NCBI GenBank assembly: GCA_044376085.1
Contig: JBILLN010000007.1
Coordinates: forward strand, 33,027-97,026
Length of the DNA: 64,000 nt
DNA from: Bradymonadia bacterium
GTDB lineage: Bacteria; Myxococcota_A; Bradymonadia; UBA7976; UBA1532
Direction: 5' to 3'
Position numbers and translations under genes: made by a program. The stretch's first letter is position 1. Every line of letters begins with the position of its first letter. Shown piece by piece: positions 30,621 to 38,267 of this stretch. The notes under the pieces were generated by a model. It did not search any database, was not told the DNA's origin, and worked only from the letters and a program-made list of their open reading frames with translations.

Positions 30621-31347
30621 GGGTCGACCGCGGCCCGTCGCGGCGCTCTTCCCCGACGATGCGACCGTCGGTGAGGCGCACGATGCGCCGGGCATGGTTC
30701 ATCAGATGTTCGTCGTGCGTGGAGAACACGAACGTCGCCCCGAGCTGCTCGTTCATCTGCCGCATGAGCGCGATGATGTCCTCGCTCGTCTTGCGGTCGA
30801 GGTTGGCGGTGGGCTCGTCGGCCAGGATCAGCGCGGGTCGTTTGGCGAGCGCTCGGCCGATCGCGACGCGCTGCTGCTGGCCCCCGGAGAGCTGGTTCGG
30901 GCGACGGTCCCGCTGGGTCGACAGACCGAGCAGCGCCAGCATTTCGTCGACGCGCGCCCGGATCTGGCGGGCGTCGAGGGTGCCGTTGATCTGCAGGGCG
31001 AACTCGATGTTCTCGTACGCCGTGAGCACGGGGATCAGATTGAAACTCTGGAAGATGAAACCGATGGACTGATTGCGGATCTCCCCCCGCTCGGCCGCCG
31101 ACAGGCCGGAGGTGACGTCCCGCCCGGCGATGGAGACGCGGCCGGAGGTCGGCGCGTCGAGACAGCCGAGGCAGTGCAACAGCGTGCTCTTCCCGCTGCC
31201 GGACGGGCCGACGAGCGCCGTGAACTCGCCCCGACGGATCTCGAGATCGATCGCGTCCATGGCCCGCACCTCGTTCTCGCCGGGGTTGTAGATCCGGCTG
31301 GCTTTTTCGAGGCGGACGACGATGTCGTCGGACGAATCAGTAGGCAT
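30613..31347 (-). CDS. ABC transporter ATP-binding protein (LolD/MacB family)
   Basis: Walker A GPSGSGKST; LSGGQQQRVAIGRAL; Walker B ILADEPTANLD. Confidence 0.9.
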   Translation of the reverse strand: MPTDSSDDIVVRLEKASRIYNPGENEVRAMDAIDLEIRRGEFTALVGPSGSGKSTLLHCLGCLDAPTSGRVSIAGRDVTSGLSAAERGEIRNQSIGFIFQSFNLIPVLTAYENIEFALQINGTLDARQIRARVDEMLALLGLSTQRDRRPNQLSGGQQQRVAIGRALAKRPALILADEPTANLDRKTSEDIIALMRQMNEQLGATFVFSTHDEHLMNHARRIVRLTDGRIVGEERRDGPRSTHG

Positions 31348-32647
31348 AGCGTCCCCAGAAGAACAGCGAGGCGACAGGGGTGAGGCGGGCGCCCCCGGCG
31401 TCCACGAACGCCGTGCCGAGGGGAGAGGACGCGCGGACGAGCGTGGCCTCCGGCCCGGAGAGCGCGGGCAGGGTCAGCGTGTATTCCCCGCCCGCCGGTC
31501 CGTAGGTGAGCTGGGCGCCGAGCGTGAAGGTGAAGGCATCCGCCGGCAGGAAGCTGACCTGGGGCACCACCAGACCGGTATGGTCGACGAGGTTGGTCAC
31601 GTTCAGCACCGACGCGCGCCAGTCGTTCGCGATCTCCAGCCGGAGGAGGCCGACGGCATAGTGCCGACCCATGAACATCGCGCGGTCCTCGAACGCCCGC
31701 CCGAGGGCGGCGGCCGGACTCGAGCCGGCCTGAACGGCCGCGCGGAACCGGCTCGGCTCGAGGGCATCCCCCGGGTGGCGCAGCCCGCTCTGCTGGAACA
31801 TGTATTCGGCCGAGACGAGGAGGGTCTGCAGGACGTCGAAGCTGTAATCGACGCCGGTCTCGAGGCTCGTCGTCGCGCCCCCGGGGGCGTCCTCGGGGAT
31901 CATGGAGGCGGCCTCGAACCAGAGCCCCACCACCTGTTCGCTGCGGACGTCGACCCCGAGGACGGCGGCGCGGTCGGCCTCGTGCCAGGCAAAGAGCGCG
32001 GCCAGATCGGTGATGTCGAGCGTGGTATCGAGGCGCGCCAATGCGACGGGCGCGCAGCAGTCCTCCTCCGATGTGGCGACGGCCAGCGTCAGGTTCGTCG
32101 CATCGCCCAGCGCCCACAGGGAGCGCAACGCCCAGACTCCGGGGCGCTCGGCCTGCAGATCGGCGGGGTTCTTGTCGTTGAAGAGGTCCGTCGGGTTCAG
32201 GAGGAGCCCCGAGCCCCAGGCGATGTTCTGCTTGCCGGCGGTGTGGTCCCAGTCCTCGATCGTGGCGGACAGATACAGACGCTCGACGCCCACGACGTCG
32301 CCCACCGTGCGCTGCTGCCGGTCGAAGAATCCGTGCTCGGTATGCGCCTCGGCGGTCGCGACCAGCGTCGCCGTCTCGCCGACGTGGAACTTGAGCGTGG
32401 GTCGCAGCCGCTCGAGGGCCCCGAGTCGCTCGTCCGGGTGGAATCCGTCCGGGAACACCGGTGCCAGGCCGGCGAGGTCCGGGTCGAGCCCGAAGAACGC
32501 ATGCGTCCGGCTCTCGAAGTACCCCGAAAGTTCGCCGGTCACCGGGCCGGCGGCGGCCTGACCCCGGGCCCTCGCCGGGGCCGTGACGAGGCCGGCCACG
32601 AGGCACGGCAGGACGACGGCGCGGCAGGTCGGACGCATGGGCGGCAA
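31337..32647 (-). CDS. Putative outer-membrane beta-barrel protein
   Basis: Signal peptide; alternating amphipathic strands; C-terminal aromatic residue (...FFWGRYAY); first gene of the ABC/LolA-like operon. Confidence 0.55.
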   Translation of the reverse strand: MPPMRPTCRAVVLPCLVAGLVTAPARARGQAAAGPVTGELSGYFESRTHAFFGLDPDLAGLAPVFPDGFHPDERLGALERLRPTLKFHVGETATLVATAEAHTEHGFFDRQQRTVGDVVGVERLYLSATIEDWDHTAGKQNIAWGSGLLLNPTDLFNDKNPADLQAERPGVWALRSLWALGDATNLTLAVATSEEDCCAPVALARLDTTLDITDLAALFAWHEADRAAVLGVDVRSEQVVGLWFEAASMIPEDAPGGATTSLETGVDYSFDVLQTLLVSAEYMFQQSGLRHPGDALEPSRFRAAVQAGSSPAAALGRAFEDRAMFMGRHYAVGLLRLEIANDWRASVLNVTNLVDHTGLVVPQVSFLPADAFTFTLGAQLTYGPAGGEYTLTLPALSGPEATLVRASSPLGTAFVDAGGARLTPVASLFFWGRYAY

Positions 32648-32657
32648 GCCTGCGCGT

Positions 32658-33548
32658 TCAGGCGCCCCGATGCAACTGCGCTGCGCTCAGGGAGAGGCTC
32701 AGCAGGGGGGCGGGGACGGCCGGATCGTCGCCGTCCGCGACGAGGTAGAGGTCGACGCCGCCTTCGGGCCGCGCCGTGGCGGTCAGGCCTTCGACCTTGA
32801 AGGGGCCCTCCAGCGGCGCGATCCACCGGACCTCTCCCCGGGCCGAGAGGCGTCCGAGCACCGCGCCCCCGAATGCGCCGTCCTCGTAGGTGCTGCCGCC
32901 GCCCTCCGCCACGGCGGTGAACAGCAGGTCCCCCGCCGGGTCTCCTGGCAGGAGCGTGGCGTCCGTGAAGCCGAGCGCACCCCCTGGCAGCTCGCCGAGC
33001 TCGACCGTGAGGACCTCGACGAGAACGTCCGGGGTCAGGGGGCCACCGGCGGTGAGCGCGTCCATCACCCGGGCGAGATCGAGTCGGACGAGCGCATTGC
33101 GACCCGCCGCCCCGTTGCCCCGCTGCAGCAGAAGGAGTGCGGCGCCCGAACACGCGGCGCCCTCCAGGTTCAGGTCGGCCAGGTGCGTGCCGAGGGCCGC
33201 GCAGAGCGGGCTGGCATCGATGACCGAGACGCGCTCGGGCGTCGAGACCTCCGGCACCCGGACGGCGCGGGTGCGGCGCGGGGTCGAGCCGCTGCCGAGG
33301 GCGAGGAGGCCGCCATCGGGCAGCACGGTCAGCATCTCGAGGTCCGGTTTGACCGCCTTTCGCGCGCGGGCTTCGGCGGGCAGCGCGTCGGGCAACAGCG
33401 GACACGCCGGTCGCGCGGGGCGGCCGTCGAGGTCGTAGACGTGGAGTCGTGTGCTGTCGTCCGCGACGACGTACAGCGCGTCACGCAGGCGAACGATGGC
33501 GCTGGCGGCGGAGCACTCGAGGTGGGCCCGGAGCGTGGGGGTGAGCAT
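32658..33548 (-). CDS. Hypothetical protein (beta-rich, no signal peptide)
   Basis: Start trimmed to MLTPTLRAHLE; same strand, immediately upstream of the OM barrel gene. Confidence 0.45.
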   Translation of the reverse strand: MLTPTLRAHLECSAASAIVRLRDALYVVADDSTRLHVYDLDGRPARPACPLLPDALPAEARARKAVKPDLEMLTVLPDGGLLALGSGSTPRRTRAVRVPEVSTPERVSVIDASPLCAALGTHLADLNLEGAACSGAALLLLQRGNGAAGRNALVRLDLARVMDALTAGGPLTPDVLVEVLTVELGELPGGALGFTDATLLPGDPAGDLLFTAVAEGGGSTYEDGAFGGAVLGRLSARGEVRWIAPLEGPFKVEGLTATARPEGGVDLYLVADGDDPAVPAPLLSLSLSAAQLHRGA

Positions 33549-33641
33549 GTCTTGGCCTCTAACCCGGCGACCGCGCCTCGGGGAAGCCGATTCGGCGGGG
33601 CCGCCCTTGCAATCCGGGGGCGCCGACCCCACCTTTGCCCC

Positions 33642-33878
33642 ATGCCGAGAGTCGAAGTCGATCATCACCGCTGCGAAGGCAAGAAGCCCTGTGTTCAGGT
33701 CTGCCCCGAGGGCGTCTTCGCCATTCGCAAGTCCGACGTGCCGCTGCCGTTCCTGATCCGCCTGAAGGTGCTCGCCCACGGGGGCAAGCAGGCCTTCGTC
33801 GTGAACGAAGCGGCCTGCACCGCCTGCATGAAATGCGTCGACGCCTGCCCGGAGACCGCGATCCGCGTGACGCCGTGA
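33642..33878 (+). CDS. Small dicluster ferredoxin
   Basis: 78 aa; CTACMKCVDACP classic CxxCxxCxxxCP motif plus an atypical CEGKKPCVQVCP first motif. Confidence 0.7.
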   Translation: MPRVEVDHHRCEGKKPCVQVCPEGVFAIRKSDVPLPFLIRLKVLAHGGKQAFVVNEAACTACMKCVDACPETAIRVTP

Positions 33879-35077
33879 GGCCCGGGCGACGGTCCGTCGC
33901 CTTCGGGGCGTGGCTCGGCGGGGCGCTGCTGCCGTGGGCGGCCCAGGCAGGCCCGAGCTGGGAGCGTCCGCGCGTCCCGGCCGACGCGGCGGCTCCGGCC
34001 GGCGTCGGAGCCTTCTCGGCGATGGTCTGTGCCGCGTGCCATCCGGACATCGCGCGGGAGTGGGCGGCCTCGACGCACGCTCACGCCTGGATCGATCCGC
34101 AGTTCCAGGCCGAACGCGCCAAGGACCCGTCCGTCGCGTGGCTCTGCGACAACTGTCACACCCCGTTGGCGCGGCAACAGGCCGTGCTCTCCGTCGCCAC
34201 GGGCGATGTTCGACGACCGGCGCAGCGGCCCAATGCGGACTTCGACCCGGCGTTGCGCGAGGAAGGCATCACTTGCCTGACCTGCCATTGGCGGCCGGGC
34301 GGGATCGCCTCGGTCAACGCGGACGCGCAGGCCCCGCATGCGCTGGTCTACGCCCCCGAACTGAAGACCGAACAGACCTGCACGGTGTGTCATCAGGCCG
34401 TTGCGCGCGTGAGTGACACGCTGGTGTGTACCTTCGACACGGGCGAGGAGTGGCGCGCCGCGGCGCCGGGCAAGACCTGTCCGGAGTGTCACATGCCGCG
34501 CGTCACCCGCCCGATGGCGGTGGGCGGCCCGGTGCGCGAGGGCGGGCGGCATCTGTGGCCGGGCGGGCTCCTCCCGAAGCGACCGCTGTCTCCCGAGGAG
34601 CAGGCCCTGTTTTCGGACTGGCAGGCCGGTGCGCGCCTCCGCCTGAGCGGGCCCGAGCGGGCCGCGCCGGGGTCGGACGTGCTCGTGGGTGTCTACCTCG
34701 AGCACGCGGGCGCCGGTCACCGCGTTCCGACCGGGGACCCGGAGCGATTTCTGCTGCTGGTGGCCGAGGCGGTCGACGCCGACGGACGCGTCATCGCGAC
34801 GCTCCGTCACCGCGCCGGCCAGACCTGGACCTGGTGGCCGGTGGCGAAGAAGACCGGCGACAATCGTCTTTCTCCCGGCGAGTCCCGGGTGATGCCCCTG
34901 CGTTTCGCCCTGCCGTCGGGCCCCGCGGCGAGGCCGGTCACGGTGCGCGCGCGCCTCGAGCATCACCGGATCAGCGCCGAGAACGCCGCTCACCACGGAC
35001 TGAAACCCGAGGCCTACCCGTTCTTCCGGGTGGTCTCGACCCAGACGCTGACGATCGCACCCCGGCCCGACCCCTGA
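33875..35077 (+). CDS. Periplasmic pentaheme c-type cytochrome
   Basis: Five CxxCH motifs (CAACH, CDNCH, CLTCH, CTVCH, CPECH); signal peptide; GTGA overlap with the ferredoxin stop. Confidence 0.8.
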   Translation: MRPGRRSVAFGAWLGGALLPWAAQAGPSWERPRVPADAAAPAGVGAFSAMVCAACHPDIAREWAASTHAHAWIDPQFQAERAKDPSVAWLCDNCHTPLARQQAVLSVATGDVRRPAQRPNADFDPALREEGITCLTCHWRPGGIASVNADAQAPHALVYAPELKTEQTCTVCHQAVARVSDTLVCTFDTGEEWRAAAPGKTCPECHMPRVTRPMAVGGPVREGGRHLWPGGLLPKRPLSPEEQALFSDWQAGARLRLSGPERAAPGSDVLVGVYLEHAGAGHRVPTGDPERFLLLVAEAVDADGRVIATLRHRAGQTWTWWPVAKKTGDNRLSPGESRVMPLRFALPSGPAARPVTVRARLEHHRISAENAAHHGLKPEAYPFFRVVSTQTLTIAPRPDP

Positions 35078-35089
35078 CGCCGGCACCCG

Positions 35090-36670
35090 TCAACGCAGGT
35101 AGATGTGGTTGGTATAGATCCAGGGGGTGGGGCGCACGAACCGGTCGCCGAGGCTGCCGAGTTCGCCGCGCAGATGCTCCGGCACCTGCAGGATCTCCAC
35201 CCGGTAGGCGCCGGGCCCGGGCACGGGCACCTCGAGCGCCATGGGTCCCTGGGCGATGACCTCCGCGCCCGCGGCGGTCACGCGGATGAGGCGGACGTCC
35301 TGCTGGGCCTCGGGCACGCTGCGCGGCGGCGAGACCCGGAGCGTCGTGCCGGCCTCGAAGGGTCGCTCGTCGCCGAGCTCGATGCGGCCACCGTCCGGGG
35401 CGACGCCGGCGAAGTCGAAGCCGTCGGGCTCCCCGAGCAGGTAGAAGACGACCACCAGCCGGCCGGCCGTCAGCGCCTCCCGGAGCTGCGGCAGCGTGAC
35501 GTCGTGCACGAGCAGGTAGTTGGCGAACCAGTTCGTCAGCCGCCGGTAGCTGTCGAGGCGTTCACCGTCGATGGGTCGCACCAGGGGCGGCAGGTTCTGA
35601 TGAATGTCGCTGCCGGCGGTGCCGAGCATGCGCCGGTGATGGACGAACTGGTTCCAGACCCCGATGGCCTCGGGGTTCTCGCGCAGCACGGCGAGGAGCG
35701 AGAGGTCCGGGTGCGGCGGGGACTCGCGGGCATTGATGAGCGCCAGGATGTCCGGCATGACCTCGCCGAGTTGCCGCCAGCGCGGGTTCACGTTGGCGTG
35801 CAGGTTGTAGATTTCGATGGCGTCGAGGCCGAGGGGCTCGAGCTCCTCGTAGGTGCGCTCCTCGGTGTGGGCGTGGAAGACGAGGCCCCCCGTCTCGTGC
35901 AGATGGGCGACCGCCTCGGGCGTGCGGTCCCGATACCAGCCGCGGTCGGCGGCGGGCTGCGGCAGCATCACGGGCATCAGATCGCCCTCGCTGCCGGGTG
36001 AGAGCAGGGTCCGCACGGCCGCCTCGCCGGGGCAGGCCAGGTAGTTGCCGACGGGCGCGCCGGAGGGATCCCGGACGAGCGTGTCGCCGGCCGCCTCGTC
36101 GAAGAGGAGCGCCTCTTCGAACGAGACGTCGGCGAACGTCTCGGGGTGGTCGGTCAGCAGCGTGTAGTCCAGGCGGGCATTGCAGAGCGCCGCGCGGAGG
36201 TCCGCGAGGCAGGGGGCGTTGCCGACGCCGTTCTCGTCCTTCGGCCGGCCGTCGCAGGCGTCGTGACTGTGGATGGAGTGCATGTGAATCAACCCGCGGG
36301 CCCAGCGCCAGCCGGCGGGGGCCTGCAGCGTCGACGTCGCGACGGGGCGCGGCCGGTCCGGCGGGGGGGTCGGGCCCGAGGGGGGCGCGACGGCGTCCGG
36401 CCGGGTCGCGTCGGTGAACGCGTCGCCGGCAGCGTCGGGACCCGCGCTCGCCGTCGTGTCGGGCGGGCCTGCGCTCGGGCGCGCGTCCGGCGTCGGGGCG
36501 GCGGTATCGGGCGCCGGTGTCCCGCTGTCGATGACCTGCGTCGGGGCGCCACCTGCGCCGGCGCGCCCGTCGTCTCCGTCACCGCTCCCGCAGGCGGGGG
36601 GCAGGGCCAACGCGGCCAGGACGGCGAGCGCCGAGGAGAATCGGACGGAACGGCTCGGGCGATGCTGCAT
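35090..36670 (-). CDS. Lipoprotein with a PHP-like metal-dependent phosphoesterase motif
   Basis: Start trimmed to MQHRPSRSV with GGAGG-like RBS; lipobox LPPACG; IHMHSIHSHDACDG resembles PHP-domain motif I. Confidence 0.55.
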   Translation of the reverse strand: MQHRPSRSVRFSSALAVLAALALPPACGSGDGDDGRAGAGGAPTQVIDSGTPAPDTAAPTPDARPSAGPPDTTASAGPDAAGDAFTDATRPDAVAPPSGPTPPPDRPRPVATSTLQAPAGWRWARGLIHMHSIHSHDACDGRPKDENGVGNAPCLADLRAALCNARLDYTLLTDHPETFADVSFEEALLFDEAAGDTLVRDPSGAPVGNYLACPGEAAVRTLLSPGSEGDLMPVMLPQPAADRGWYRDRTPEAVAHLHETGGLVFHAHTEERTYEELEPLGLDAIEIYNLHANVNPRWRQLGEVMPDILALINARESPPHPDLSLLAVLRENPEAIGVWNQFVHHRRMLGTAGSDIHQNLPPLVRPIDGERLDSYRRLTNWFANYLLVHDVTLPQLREALTAGRLVVVFYLLGEPDGFDFAGVAPDGGRIELGDERPFEAGTTLRVSPPRSVPEAQQDVRLIRVTAAGAEVIAQGPMALEVPVPGPGAYRVEILQVPEHLRGELGSLGDRFVRPTPWIYTNHIYLR

Positions 36671-36731
36671 GGACGCAGGATATCGACGGAGGCATTGCCT
36701 CGAAAGCGCAATTGCCCCACCGTTCGCGCCC

Positions 36732-37628
36732 ATGGCCGATCCCGCGACCGCGTCCGCTTTCCCGCCGGCGACCGCGCCGAGCGCCACCGGGGCGCGCTGG
36801 GGCGCCGTGGCCATTGCCGTGGCCGCCGGCACCTGGGGCTTCTGGGGGCTGGCCATTCGCGCCTCTGGACTCAGCGGGCCCCACGTGCCGTGCATCGTGC
36901 TGGCCACGGTGGCCCTGTTCGGCATTCCGCTCCTGCCGCGCCGCCTGCCGCGAGGGCGGGCCGCGTGGTTCGCGCTCGTCGCGACGGGGGCGACGGATGC
37001 CGCGAACGCCCTGCTCTACTTCGAGGCGCTGGCGCGGGGACCCCAGCCCGTCGCCGTGCTGTCGCATTATCTGGCGCCGGTGCTGGTGGCGGTCTTCACG
37101 CCCCTCGTCCTCGGCGCGCGCGCGCCTCGAGCGGCCTGGTTCGCTTTGCCCGTCTCGGTCGTCGGCCTGGCGCTGCTGCTCGGCCCCGAAGCGCTGACCC
37201 TCGGCGACGCCCTGGTGACCGGGGCGCTCGGCGCCGCCTCGGCGGTCTTCTACGCGCTCCAGATCCTGATCCAGAAGCGGTTCGCGGACCGCCTGACCCC
37301 CGGCGAACTGCTGGTCTGGCACGCAGGATTCGGAGCGCTCATGCTCCTGCCCTTCGCCCTGCAGGCGCCGACCCCGCACCTCGGGGGGGTGCTCTGGCTG
37401 ATGGGGGGGGCCATCGCGGGCGGCTGCTTCGCCGGGACGGTCTTCTTGTGGGGCCTCGGCCGCGTGACGGCGGCGACCGCCGGGGTCCTGACCTACGTCG
37501 AGCCGCTGGTGGGGGTGCTCGTGGGCCTCCTGGCGTTCGGCGAGCCGATGGCGGCGACGGCCCCGCTCGGGGGGCTGCTCATCCTGGGCGCGGGTCTGTG
37601 GGTCGTCCGGGCCGCCGCTCGCGCTTGA
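36732..37628 (+). CDS. EamA/DMT superfamily transporter
   Basis: 10-TM protein with two EamA-like halves. Confidence 0.75.
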   Translation: MADPATASAFPPATAPSATGARWGAVAIAVAAGTWGFWGLAIRASGLSGPHVPCIVLATVALFGIPLLPRRLPRGRAAWFALVATGATDAANALLYFEALARGPQPVAVLSHYLAPVLVAVFTPLVLGARAPRAAWFALPVSVVGLALLLGPEALTLGDALVTGALGAASAVFYALQILIQKRFADRLTPGELLVWHAGFGALMLLPFALQAPTPHLGGVLWLMGGAIAGGCFAGTVFLWGLGRVTAATAGVLTYVEPLVGVLVGLLAFGEPMAATAPLGGLLILGAGLWVVRAAARA

Positions 37629-37685
37629 GTCGGGCCCCCGCAACGCGTATGCAAGGCGTGTCACCCCGGATCGAAAGCACCGACG

Positions 37686-38267
37686 ATGCCGAACCGCCGT
37701 TCATATTTCCGAATCCGACCGTCCCGAGTTCCGTTCGCGTTCGTGCTCCTCGGAGCCTGGGCGTGCGGGGCCGAGCCGAAACCCGATGCCGTGCCCGCCG
37801 CGGTTCCGGTCACGGCGCCGGCTTCCCTCGAGTCGAGCGCGGCGGCCCTCGTGCCGAGCGCGCCGGAGACGGCCGCGGCGCCCGTCGTGGGCGGTCCGCC
37901 GGGTGGCGGCCCCACGGTCGGGGGGGCGACGCCCGGCCCCGAGGTCGCGGCCGGCGCACCGGAGAAGCTCGAGGTCGCGGCCGGCGCGACGTTCGAGGTG
38001 CGGCTCGAAGCCAATGCGACGACCGGGTACCAGTGGAAGGTCCTCGAGCCGCTCGATCCCCACCTCGCGTTCGTGAGTGACGTCTACGAGCCGACGCCGA
38101 CGCCGCCAGGACCGGGCGGCGCGGTGATGGTGGGCTCGGGCGGCACGGCCCGGTTCACGTTCAAGGGCGTGACGGCGGGGCAGGCCACGCTCCGCCTGGG
38201 GTACGCTCGGCCGTGGGAGAAGGGCCCGCCGGGTCAGGTGCGGACGTGGGAGGTGACCGTAAGATGA
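37686..38267 (+). CDS. Chagasin/ICP family (I42) cysteine peptidase inhibitor-like lipoprotein
   Basis: Lipobox LGAWAC; NATTGYQW motif matching the chagasin BC-loop NPTTGY. Confidence 0.7.
   Translation: MPNRRSYFRIRPSRVPFAFVLLGAWACGAEPKPDAVPAAVPVTAPASLESSAAALVPSAPETAAAPVVGGPPGGGPTVGGATPGPEVAAGAPEKLEVAAGATFEVRLEANATTGYQWKVLEPLDPHLAFVSDVYEPTPTPPGPGGAVMVGSGGTARFTFKGVTAGQATLRLGYARPWEKGPPGQVRTWEVTVR

Noticed and set aside
31035-32606. 523-aa ORF antisense or off-frame to the OM barrel and ABC ATPase genes
   Set aside because: Arg/Pro/Gly-dominated composition and no motifs; the in-frame alternative encodes a signal-peptide beta-barrel with a C-terminal aromatic residue.
36685-36715. GGCATTGCC...GCAATTGCC repeats between the PHP lipoprotein and EamA genes as a sigma-54 promoter
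   Set aside because: Spacing between the GG and GC elements does not fit the -24/-12 consensus (TGGCAC-N5-TTGC).
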